Positions 13,500 to 24,743 of a stretch of DNA of 64,000 nucleotides are shown here, piece by piece. How positions within the stretch are numbered: the first letter of the stretch is position 1; every line of letters starts with the position of its first letter. The stretch is from the human T2T-CHM13v2.0 reference genome, Homo sapiens: assembly GCF_009914755.1 (NCBI RefSeq), contig NC_060926.1, one strand, 5' to 3'. The position numbers were made by a program, and so were the translations under genes. The notes beneath the pieces were generated by a model. That model did no database searches. It was not told where the DNA came from and saw nothing but the letters and a program-made list of their open reading frames with translations.

Positions 13500-13735
13500 A
13501 GAGTGGTTAAGAACATGGACTGTAAACATGACTGCTTGGTTCAAAGCTAGCTTGACCACTGACTGATTTGCTGGTCAATTTCTGTCAAGTGTTTGTTTTC
13601 CTTCTTTTGGTCTCACTTTTCTCACCTATAAAGTAATGATAATAAAAGTACTTACCTCACAGGATTGTCTTGAGAAATTGATGAGTGATTATTTGTAAAA
13701 ATTCTTAGAACACATGGTAAGCACTATGTGTGTGT
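13500..13735 (+). mobile_element. MIR SINE
   Basis: AGTGGTTAAGAACATGGACT...TCTCACTTTTCTCACCTATAAAG...GTACTTACCTCACAGGATTGT...CTTAGAACACATGGTAAGCACT. Confidence 0.85.
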
Positions 13736-14629
13736 GTTAAATACATACGTATGTTGGATTTGTGCCATGCATGGTTGGATAGAAGGTGTAGGATAAGATA
13801 GACTATAGAAGTAAGTTGGAGAGTAATCTGCATTAAAAGCTGAATTTGATCATCTTTAGCTTCAATTTACAGAAGGCACTTAGCACACAGCTAGCAAAAA
13901 ATATTGATTCCAAAGTCGAGCATTAAATGCATACTGAGTGTCTTTTGCTTATAGAGACCCTTGCAAGTTCTTTTAATTTCAAAAAAAAAAAAAAAATTCC
14001 TCCAAAGGCAAGTTCTTAAGGCAATATTGGAACTACATCAATGAACCCAGCCCTGGCTTTCTTCTCTTGATATGAAATGTTGTCTTCCTTATAATTATTT
14101 TGTTTAAGTTGAAAACCTAGAAGGAAACAGGAAAGGACGGATTATTAAGCAACAAGCCAGTTTCAAATGGTTCAAACCTGTCATCCATCTCCTGAGGTTT
14201 TCTGGAAGCCCCCTTCCCTTGTACGCTTCTCTAATTTGCTAGTCCTGCTGCCTTTATCTTGACTCACCTTCCTCACTTGTTTACAGGGTGGATATCTTCT
14301 CATTCATTAAGACAAGGTTAAAATACCACCTCCTTTTTCTATCCCTTTTCTGAAACTCTACTTCCAAGCAGAAGTGTAGTATTTTTTTATGTAAATATTT
14401 TATGTAATATTTTTAAAGCAATGTATGATAATACGTTCGTTGAGGTCGTAATGAAAGTATGTTATTGGAGAAATTAGTGTTTAATATAGGACCAAAATAT
14501 CAGAGGTCAGACATGAGTCACAGAGAGCACAGTGTGGATGCCCTCAGATCACACACTTGTTCCTGGACTGAGGCATGCCCTGCTGTGCCCACAGAGCTAC
14601 CTGTTCCCTCCTCAGTTCCTGCTCCCCGC

Positions 14630-14840
14630 TCCCACCCAAACCCAGAAAGAGTGATTTATAATTCTGTCACAAACAGTAGGACCACTCTTATTTGCATTTG
14701 TGTGTCTCTTTCCTTCCCTTCCTTCCCTTGGAGTGGAAGTGCACTGAGGATGGAGAATGTATTGTTTTTTATCTTTGCAGGCCAGCAGTAGCATGTGGTA
14801 GGTATTTAATAACTGATGATTGAATAAATGAAAGAATGCA
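14630..14840 (+). mobile_element. L2 3'-end fragment
   Basis: GAGGATGGAGAATGTATTGTTTTTTATCTTTG...GTAGGTATTTAATAA...TGAATAAATGAAAGAATG tail. Confidence 0.55.
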
Positions 14841-15347
14841 TAAAAGAAGTAATGGATAAGCAAATGAAAAGAAAAAAAGAATAAATTAGCAGAGAGAAAT
14901 TAAGAAAAGAATAAAATGTTTTTAAAGGTAATGTACAGTATATTTTTGTATCTTTTGCAGTGCTCAGTTTTTAAAAATAAACAAATGTATTTTAATTTAT
15001 TCAGCATGAAATTTATTTATATCTTATATCTATGTCTGTATAAGAAAATAAAACAGAGCAGATACAGGTCTCTGAGAGTATTATGACATTTCTGCATTTT
15101 TAATGTACTTCAAACTCCATCCTTCCAAGTCAGCTTCTTTCATTTTAAATATAGTTGCAGTGGGGGTGAGGGAGGGGGTTTGCTTGGAAATTATTGTATT
15201 ATTAATTAATCTATTATATATATTCAACTTTAGTCTCTGGTCAGTGTTTTCTTAGCAATTTGCAAATATGCAATTATCTCTGTATATTTGGGATAGTAGT
15301 TACAGAAACTACCAAAGTAACCGTTTAAAGCTAAAATTTGGAATTTT

Positions 15348-15544
15348 ATCACTGCAAACATTTATCTTTGTGTTGGGGACATCATAATCCTTGTAGCTAT
15401 TTTGAAGTATATAATGTATTAACCCTAATTTGATCATTATACGTTGTATGAATGTATCAAAGTATCACATGCACCCTCAAAACATGTACAACTATGATGT
15501 ACTAATAAAAAATATAAAAAAATAAAATTTTATATTTTAAAAAA
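15348..15544 (+). mobile_element. Short L1MA 3' end with 5' inversion
   Basis: 15348-15423 is antisense and 15422-15544 is sense L1MA 3' UTR; TSD TAAAGCTAAAATTTG (15326-15340) / TAAAGTCAAAATTTG (15545-15559). Confidence 0.85.
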
Positions 15545-15739
15545 TAAAGTCAAAATTTGAGTTTTCCTGGATTTCTAAATTTGTTTGATAAATTAATGAA
15601 CTAGAAATTAGTCTTTGCAAGGACCAAAGGATGCAGGTAGAAAAATGCTTAGGAGTTTGTTATGATTCAGGTCACAGGAGGCAACCACCCAAATTACCAG
15701 CATGATTCCTTTATCCGTGTAACTCAGCAGTTGATTCAG

Positions 15740-15945
15740 TAATAATTATAAAACACCCACAACTACACTTATTTTGTGCTAGTTATTTTTCTAAGTGCTT
15801 TAAATATATTATTTCATCGAATCCTCTTAACACCCCCATGAGGTGGTCCCATTGATATTTCTGTTGATAAGGAAATGAGGTACATAGAGGTTAAGTAAAT
15901 GTCAAATTGTTTAGTTGTAAAGCAAATAAATGGCAGAAATATTTA
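15740..15945 (-). mobile_element. MIR SINE
   Basis: TTCTAAGTGCTTTAAATATATTATTTCATCGAATCCTCTTAACACCCCCATGAGGT...GATAAGGAAATGAGGTACATAGAGGTTAAGTAA. Confidence 0.85.
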
Positions 15946-16439
15946 GGAAATAAAATGTACATATCTTGGATAAGGGAATAGAACATATAAGAGATGTCAA
16001 GAATAATTCCCACTTTTCATGTTTGGGTAGTAAAGCATGTAGGTATTCTACCAACTGACATACAGAACATAGGATCTGTTTGTAGGCAAAGATACAAGTA
16101 GAGATGCTTGGAAATAAAAAAAAACGCATATCCAAACTTTGAAGTCATTGGTGATTTCAGAATAAGACCAGTTTCTATAAAGGGAAGTGAGGTAAAAACT
16201 GTTCTGCTATTAGTTGGAAAAGATACTGGAGGCAACGCATTGGGAACAGCCCTGTGGAACTTATAATCGCATTGAGGAGAACATGCACAGGTTAAATTTT
16301 ATAAGCTAATAACAATTTAAGAACTAATTCCAAGTGGCAAAATACAATTTAAAATGGTTCAGTGGAAAAACAAGGGACTTTTTTATTTTTTTATTTTTTT
16401 GAAGAATGGCACATGTAATTCATGAGAGTGTTGAACATC

Positions 16440-16800
16440 TACATCTTGGGAAGTGAGAGATGCAGCTGTGCTTCAGGAAAAAGTGGAATCTGAGATCCAA
16501 GCAATTGCTTCTGCTTCACTCTTTCATAGATTTCATCATGTTTACCTGTTTACCTGCCCACTGTCTTCCTCCACATTGGGGAGACATGCGTGGCTGCTAA
16601 GAACTCTGCTTTTCCCATCTGCAGAGAGGAACTAATTCCTTCCTAAGCTTTAGGGAAAAAAAGTCTGATTGGCCCAGAATGGCCACTTTACCCAAGCTAT
16701 GGCACTTTAAATCAACCATGGCAATGGGGGTGTGGGGAATGTTCTGCAGACATTTGATGTATGATGCCAGTGGGAGAAGAGCAGTTTTCACCATGTGGAA
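16440..16800 (-). mobile_element. Degraded old MLT1 (J/K/L-like) LTR
   Basis: AAAGTCTGATTGGCCCAG...ACCC...AATCAACCATGGC...GGGG motif typical of old MLT1 LTRs; boundaries uncertain. Confidence 0.4.
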
Positions 16801-17070
16801 GACTGCGCAGACATTCCCATAAGTGTATACCCAGAGTCAAGGCCAGGTATGAATAATCAGTATTGGCAGTGAGTGCCGTAAGTTCAGGGAAGAACTCAGT
16901 GTCATGTGGTCAAGGGAGCTTCAAGGAAAAAGATGGCTTGATGTGGACTTTAAAGAAAGGGTAGACATTTGATAAGCATAAAAAAGTCAGTGTGCAAATT
17001 CACAGCAACAAAGATGTGTAAGTCATGTTGGGTAGAGGAAGACCTTTCTGGGCAGAGTTAAATTTGAAAG

Positions 17071-17235
17071 CACTGTTTCTCAAAGAGTTATCAAAAGACC
17101 CCTTCCCTCAGAAACACCAAATGGGGTTGCAGAAATGCTAATTTGAGGGCTCCAACTCAGTCTGTTGAATAAAAATCTTTGGGAACAAGGTCTGGGAATC
17201 TGCATCTTAGACAAATATCCTTTAGCTATTGCAGT
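17071..17235. mobile_element. MER5 (A/B) hAT-Charlie MITE
   Basis: CACTGTTTCTCAAAG...AGAAATGCTAATTT...GAATAAAAATCTTTGGG...GGGAATCTGCAT. Confidence 0.7.
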
Positions 17236-17669
17236 CTCCAGTGTAATAACAGCATGGAGTGAATAGAGGTTATAAAGAAAGGCTGGACCTGGCCTCAATA
17301 GGGCAAGCTGCTTAGGCACAGGAAGATGAGGTCAGCTATTTCCACATTGGTGCTTAGAGGGAAGAAACCCTTAGAAGCACCATCTTTATGAATTTATTCA
17401 AAGATGCCACAGATAGAGTGAGAAGATTACAATATATCTGACAAATTAATAAACACTGGAGTTGTGAAAAACAACTGTAGAATTTTGCATGAAATTGTGA
17501 AGTTGTAAAAACAGAAACAAAGTGAGACATTCTGTTGACGACAACAGTAGTGATAAAACACACACAAAAAAAGCTTTTTGTTTCCATAGAATAATTTCAC
17601 ATGGCCATAAAGATATCCTGACCTAATATATAATTTAAACCCTAAATACGTATTTTTTATTTCATTCTG

Positions 17670-18118
17670 TGCTATGGTTTGGTTCTAGTTTGTTTGTTAC
17701 CATCAAAAGTCATGTTGAAATTTGGTCCCCAGTGTAGCCGTGTTGGGAAGTGGGGCCTAGTGGGAGGTGTTTGAATCATGGGGGTGGATTCCTCAAGAGT
17801 GGCTTGGTGCTGTTCTGGTGGTAGTAACTGAGTTCTCTCTCTGGTGAGAATAGATTAGTTCCTGCAAGAATGGATTAGTTCCCAAGAGAGTGGGTAGTTA
17901 TAAAGCCAGGATGCCCAATGGATTTTCTCTCTCTTTGCATTTTTTGCTTCTGCTTTAACCTTCCCTGCCATGTTGTGATGCAGCACAGAAGCCCTTGCCA
18001 GAAGCCAGGGCCATGCCCATGAACTTTGCAGCCTGCAGAACCACATGCTAAATAAATATTTTAATAAATTACCCAATCTCAGATACTCCATTATAGGAAC
18101 ACAAAATGGACTAAGACG
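17670..18118 (+). mobile_element. MST-family MaLR solo LTR (MSTA1/MSTB-like)
   Basis: TGCTATGGTTTGG...CATGTTGAAATTTG...GGGAGGTGTTTGAATCATGGGGG...ATAAATTACCCAATCTCAG...AAATGGACTAAGAC. Confidence 0.92.
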
Positions 18119-18679
18119 GCCCCCATTTATTCATACTTATTATTATCAGCCTCATTGAACAGGTAGACAAAACAACCACAAAAACAACAAAACCTTACCA
18201 TCTCCATAGGTAAGGGAATTTTGTCTCATATAGGACACAGAAAGAATAATTTAGGACACAGACTCTCTCGGGTCTGGGAAAGTTAATGTATCTCATGTAA
18301 CTAACTGACATTCACCAAACGTAAGAACAGATAAAGTTTCCCCCGACAGACCCTGTGCATATTTTCTGCTCTCAATTTGGCTGAGGTACTAATCTTAATC
18401 TGATTGTGTTGAACAGAACAACCCACCCTTTTAGCATTTCTTTGTCTGGCAGGAGTCCTGACATTTGGTCGCATGGTTAACATCAAACACGAAGAGAAAT
18501 TCCTTCTGGTAATACAGTTAAGATAGGTGCCTTTTTCCTGAAAGTTAGCAATATTCTCACTCTCATGGAAGGCTGTACTGATGGAGGAACCAATGAAGCA
18601 GAAAACTCTAAACCACAGATAATTCTTGTTATTTCTACCTGAGTTGAAAATACAATGTGTTCATTAGCAGCAAGTGTAT

Positions 18680-18800
18680 ACTGTAGTCTGACAACTGGGA
18701 GACCTGCCTTCTGGTGTAAGCTTAGAGACTGAATTGTGTGGTCTTGGAGAAGTTACTTAACTTACCAGGGACAGTTTCTTCATCTGTAAAATGAGAAAGG
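18680..18800 (+). mobile_element. MIR core fragment
   Basis: TGTGTGGTCTTGGAGAAGTTACTTAAC...CAGTTTCTTCATCTGTAAAATGAG. Confidence 0.8.
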
Positions 18801-19281
18801 TGGTATAGTTAAAATGGGAGCTCTTGTGTAGAAACTGATAGGAATATAAACTGGTGTAACACATTTGGAAATCAGTGATCTTAATTCTCAATCTGTGAAT
18901 TTGTAATGAGGAAACATGTTTTTTCTGCTTTTTTTCATTTTGACGGTTTTTCTTCTAATTCTAAATCATCTAAATAACTGATGACTTAAATCATCATTTA
19001 AATCATCAAGTTATTTAAATCATCATCTAAGTAACTTTTATTTTCAGTTTTTCCTCATGTCTTTCAAGTGTCCAAAAATACCCTGGATGAGTTGAAACTG
19101 ACTTGGAGTCAGCTTCCCCTGAATCCCATGCAGTGCGTGAGGGGAAGGGAGGTTGTGCACCTGAACAAAACTGGGGGATCTAATGGAAAGGGAAGTAAGA
19201 TGAAATTATCTCAGTAGAAACTAACACTCTATTTTTTGGTCACCAAATATTTCTTTGCATCTTGCATCCACTTTTACTAGG

Positions 19282-19282
<1 letters not shown>

Positions 19283-19317
<35 letters not shown>
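19283..19317. repeat. Pure T35 homopolymer
   Basis: Direct count. Confidence 0.95.
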
Positions 19318-19318
<1 letters not shown>

Positions 19319-19324
19319 GTTTAT

Positions 19325-21670
19325 AGGCATTGGAAATATTTTCCCCAGTCCATAATTGGTTTTTGTTTTTCAGAGAAAGGGTCTCACTCTGTCACTCAGA
19401 CTGGAGTGCAATGCTGCAATCCTAGCTCACTGTAAGAAACTCAAATTCCTGGGTCCAAGCAGTCCTGCCTCAGCTCCTCAGTAGCTAAGACTACATGAGC
19501 ATGTCACCATACCTGGCTAATTAAAAAAATTTTTTTGTAGAGATAGAGGTTTCACTAGGTTGCATAGGCTGGCCTCAAACTCCTGGCCTCAAACCATCCT
19601 CCTGTCTTGGCCTTCCAAAGCTCTGGGATTTCAGGTGTGAGCCACGATACCCAGCCTATAATTGTTTCTTTAATTTTAATTTGTGTTACAGATAAATTTT
19701 AAATTTCAGTGTTTATGCTTATCAATTTTCTTTTATTATTATAGTGTATATGTTTAAAGAAAATTTCTAAAATGAATTACAATATTTTCCAATGTTTTAA
19801 GTTGGAATTTAAGCCTTTAATTTACCTATAAATTTTTTAAGTGGTATGTGTGTGGGTCTATTTTTATTTTAATATTTGGCATGAGAAATCAGTTATTTCA
19901 GTGCCATTTAAAATAATAAATTTTGTTTATGAAATGCTATTTCTGTGTTTATTTAGATGATGCTATTTTTTCTTTTATCACTGAAAGCAGCGTAATTCCA
20001 TGAATACATTTTCTAATACTCAGCCTTCCTTTCATTTCTATGGCCATTTATCAAACACCTTTGGCCATGATGCATTCTGTTTTATATATTGCTGAATTCA
20101 GTTTGTAAATATTTCACTTGTGACATTATCATCCACATAACTGAGATAGTTCTGTACTTTTATTTCTTGCATTGTCCCTGTTTAGTTAAAGAATTAAGGT
20201 TCATGCTTTACATGCCCTACATAAGCCTCACAAAATGTGTAGGGAAACTTGATTGGGTTTTCTCCCATTATCTGAAGCAATTTGTGTTTAGCATTGGAAT
20301 TATATTTTCTATGAACACCTGTTCAGTCTGGGACTGTGCGTATGTGTTGTTTCTCTGTTTGGGGATGGGGCAGGGTATAGGAGAAGATGACTTACTCAGA
20401 TTTTCTGTTTTGTCTAGATGAATTTTTGTGTGTTGCCAATTTTTAAAATGTCCAGAAATTTATTTGTAGTATTTTCAAATGTATTGTCATAGTCTTAAGA
20501 TTTCAAAGTAATCTACACTTTATGTGTAGTTATGTTCTCCACCTAACCCCAATATTGCTAATTTGTACATATTCTGTTTTTAATTTTTTTCTCTTTGGTT
20601 AATCTTAGTAGACATTTGTCTATACTATTAGTTTAAAAAATTGTTTTTAAGGAAACAGCTTTTGATTTAGTTAATACCCTCTATTCTTTCATTCTTTTCC
20701 AGTTTATTAACTTTTGCTTTTATTTCCTTTATTTTAGTTTTAAGTAGCCTAAGAATAGACAAGGAATGAAGTTATTTTTTTTTTACCTTTTCCTAGCTTC
20801 TTGTATGCTTAACTCATTTATTTGTATTTTCTTGTTTTACATGAATGCACTGAAACATGTTTGTTTCTAATCAAAGTACAGCTACTACTATAGCTGCATC
20901 CGCTAATTTTTGATGCACAATATTTTCATTTGCCTTTCATTTCTAAATGCTTTGATTTCTGTTGACTTCCCCTTTACCGTATGAATTATTTAGTAGTATA
21001 TTTTAAATTTTTTGAACATATGACTCTGTACCCATTGCTAATTTAATTGCATTGTATACAGATCAAGAGATTCATATAATGCTGATTTCTTGAAATTTGT
21101 GGTGATATTTTGTGATCTAGTGTATGATTAACTTTTGTAAACATTCAACATGTAGTTAACATGAAAACATGTCTCCTACTTTTTGCTATATTTACCTGAA
21201 GCTTGTTCATTTTGTTCTTCAAATATTCGATATACCTACCTTTTTTTTTTCTTTTACTCTATCTGCCAGTTTCTAATAGAAATGTACTAAAATTTCCTAG
21301 TGTGGCTATATATTTGTCAAATTCTGCTTTTCATTTTCTGAGGTTTTATCTTAAGTGTGCTGAGGCTGTTTTTAGTTGTCTACAGTTCTCTATCCATATT
21401 AGTAATTTTTCATTAAATCCTATTTTGCCTGATACATTTGCAACCACTTGTTTGTTTTGGTTAGATTTTTTTCTGGTGCATTTTTCTATCCTTTTATTTT
21501 AAACTTCTCAGTGTGGTTTTACCATAGGCATGTCTGTTATAAGGGGCATATAGATAGATTGTATTTAAAAATCCAGTCTGATAATCTATGTATTTAAATA
21601 GATTAGTCTAATCTATTTAAATGTATTGTAATTACTGATCTGTTTGGTTTTATTTCTGACCACCATTGAA
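19325..21670 (-). mobile_element. Ancient L1M/L1ME ORF2-region relic, interrupted by AluJ
   Basis: T-rich antisense L1 motifs: AAATATTTTCCCCAGTC, ATATTGCTGAATTCAGTTTG, CTTTGGTTAATCTTAG...TTGTCTAT, AAACAGCTTTTGATTT, ATCCAGTCTGATAATCT. Confidence 0.65.
19359..19656 (-). mobile_element. AluJ
   Basis: Diverged dimer with J-type features (GGGTCTCACTCTGTC, CTAGCTCACTG, CTCCTGGCCTCAA); TSD about ATAATTG(G)TT on both sides. Confidence 0.93.
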
Positions 21671-22389
21671 GTGACAGGTTTTCCCCACCTTTTTTCTCTT
21701 TGTTTCAAATCTACAAATGTTACTTGTATTCTTTGCTCATTATTCATAAATTTTAGCATATATATATTTTATTTCATAACACGGAAATTTGAAGTAGATT
21801 ATACTTACTGTGATACAACAAGCAGAATTGACTGATACAACTCTGTGGTCTTACCCTGGGTTGTCTGAAAAATAAGCTAGCTAGGACCAGAGCCCTCACC
21901 CTTCACCCTAAGTAGAAGAAGCCGCACTTGAACTCAGCTTCAAGGGACCAGTGGCTCCCTGGCACCAGCAGCAGGCATAGTAAATTTCCACCGTCCCAAA
22001 GATTTCCAGGTGTGAGGCAGCTGGCCTTTGTAGAGCACCTCAGTAAAGAGCTAGTATCTACACTCTACACTGCCTCATGTCAAGATTCTTGTTTAATCCC
22101 CCACTATCAAGGCTACTCTTATGCTCATCCTATGAAAAGTAAGAGTAACAGTTTGTGTGGCCTATGTCCTGTGATACCCCACCCTTGGCATGTTTAGCAG
22201 AACACCCTGGTCTCTGCTCAGCCTTCCTTGGGGTCACTAGGAACCTATACCTTCTCTTCTTCCTGTCTCCTGGCTTAAATTTCTCCAAGCCTGTTCCTTA
22301 ACCCATTTGCTATGTGATTGTGAAATCATTCTCAGCCCTGTTGCTTAGTGAGTGGTCTGCAAAAGGACCCTACTTGCAAGACAGAAGCT

Positions 22390-23870
22390 ATGACATACAA
22401 CCCCTAAAACTTAAATATGTATCTAAAACAATAAGTATTTTTAATATTGTAAATATAACACTATCGTGCCCCATGAAATTAGCAGTTTTTAATATCAATA
22501 CTTAATCCACATTAGAATTTCCCCAGTTCTCCAGCTGTTTTTTTAAATCAGGATTTAATCTAAGACTAAACACTGCATCTAGTTGCTATGTCTTTTACAT
22601 CTCTATAATCTTTGTTCATGACATTGACTTGCAGAAAACCAACCAGTTGTCTCTGAGCAGGTCATTTTGCATGAATTTAATTGCTTCCCTGTAAAGTTGT
22701 TTGAATTGTTCCTCTTGTCCCTGTAGGTTCTGTTAGCTGAAAGTCGTACTAAAGCCTTGCTTAAATGTAAGTTAAACATTTTAGCAATACTATATCATAG
22801 GTGATATATAGCAATACTTCTTATGTATAAGATCAAAAGATACATAATAAGTTTTGTTTTGTTTTTCGCCATTAGTAACCTAAATTTGATTATTGGGTTA
22901 AGGTGGTGACAAACTCATCCATCCATTGCAAGCATCAATATGTTCTACTTGAAACAATAGGTAATCATTTGTGAACTAACTTTGTCACTACGTCCAGTTA
23001 CTGTCAATATTTTTATAACTAACAATTTTATGCTGAAATACTAATTTCATTAAGTTTTGCAGTGTAACAGTTTTTAACTATTTCATTTCTTCTACATTTG
23101 CTCGCACTCTTTTATAATGTAGAGCTTTCCACAGCTTTCTATAACTGGGGCTATTTGATTACCTGGAAATAAAGTGCATACTGTTAATGTAAAAAAAAAA
23201 ACCACTTAATTTGGGGTTTTAAATGGCCAGTTTTCAAAGTAAATTTGTTTCTTGGAAGTGTCAAATGATGACAGAAGATTTTTCTTTGGCTTCTTTCTTA
23301 TCACTGTGGACTCAGCCTTTCATAAATACAGTGTGTGCAAATCACCCATGATCTTTCTTTCTGATGTCTCAGCTTTGCTGAGTAGAAGCTCCTTCAGACT
23401 AGCTTCTGGGTTCTTGACATGATTGTATTAATTCTTACAAGTTTCCTTCCTTTATGGAACAGCAAGATTTCCCAAGATCACTATATACCTTCATTGCCCC
23501 ACACTTGCCGCCATTCTTCTCGCCAAAGATCTGTAGAGAATGGTCCTAGAAACCAAACTCCGGTCCTAGGTGTGCATCTTGTTCCTGAGAACAAATTACT
23601 TCTGTATCATGTTCTGGCCAGACTTAGGGAAAATATGTGAATATATACACTTAAAATCCAGAGTTGAAATCAATGTCTATAATTGTTTTATCACTGAGTT
23701 TAATTTCTTTGATTTTCTAATTGCTTCTCTTTCACCTTGAGAGTCTTGAGTGCTATTAACTTTAATGTAAGTATGGATTTGATTTATTCTACAATGTAAA
23801 TGTTTTTAAATAACAGCACTGCTGTTAGTACAGACAACAAAAGATGTACCATCAAAGCATTAACATGTAA
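22390..23870 (-). mobile_element. L1MC4/L1MC5-like 3' region
   Basis: AAATCAGGATTTAATCTAAG...CACTGCATCTAGTTGCTATGTC...TTCATGACATTGACT...; later GCCATTCTTCTC...AGAATGGTCCTAGAAACCAA. Confidence 0.65.
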
Positions 23871-24432
23871 AGTCATTTGAAATAAGAATCTTTTCACTTT
23901 GTAGTGTATCACGTATGTGTGTGTGTATACAGAGATACACACATAGTAATTTTTAAAATAAATTATTGTTATCCAGAATTTCTGTCTTCCTAAACATAAC
24001 TGCCACTTTTACACACTCTCTCTAATTGTTGGTACTCTCACATTGCTGTCTATAGATCCAAATTTTATCTTAAAAAAAACAAAAAATGCAAAACACTGGT
24101 CATTACATTTTAAGCAGATTTAGCCACTTGTTTGAGCAATTTTTGTGCTTGTGTGACTCATGTTTTCTGTGAATTAGCTTTTTTTTAAAAGCTATAAATT
24201 ATGAGTTCTTATTTGTATTTCTTCTTAAAAATATATGTAGTCTCACATAATAGTAAACATCACACTTTTAATTCATCTTGTTGTAAAGAAATAAGATATA
24301 GTTTGACGATGGTATTCCTGTCATTAATAAATCATAGGCATTAAATAATATGATCAAAAATTCCACATTAAAAGACTGCTTACATTCTTATAAACTTGTA
24401 TTTGGACTTCATAATTAAAATAATTCAGGTCC

Positions 24433-24743
24433 TTTTTTTTTTTTTTTCTTCTTTGAGACAGAGTTTCATTCTTGTCCCCCAGGCTGGAGTGAGTGCAATG
24501 GCGCACTCTTGGCTCACTGCAACTTCTGCCCCCCTGGGTTCAAGCGATTCTCCTGCCTCAGCCTCCCAAGTAGCTGGGATTACAGGCGTGCGCCACCACG
24601 CCTGGCTAATTTTTACATTTTTGGTAGAGACGGGGTTTCACCATGTTGGCCAGGCTAGTCTCAAACTCCTGACCTTGGGTGATCTACCCACCGTGGCCTC
24701 CCCAAAGCGCAGGGATTACAGGCATGACCTACGGCACCCAGCT
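24433..24743 (-). mobile_element. AluS (Sq-group)
   Basis: Poly(T)-GAGACAGAGTTTCATTCTTGTCCCCCAGGCTGG, full dimer. Confidence 0.96.

Noticed and set aside
18430-18515. Possible 56-nt exon (CAG|GAGTCC...CTTCTG|GTAATA)
   Set aside because: Weak donor, not frame-preserving, and the peptide is not recognised.
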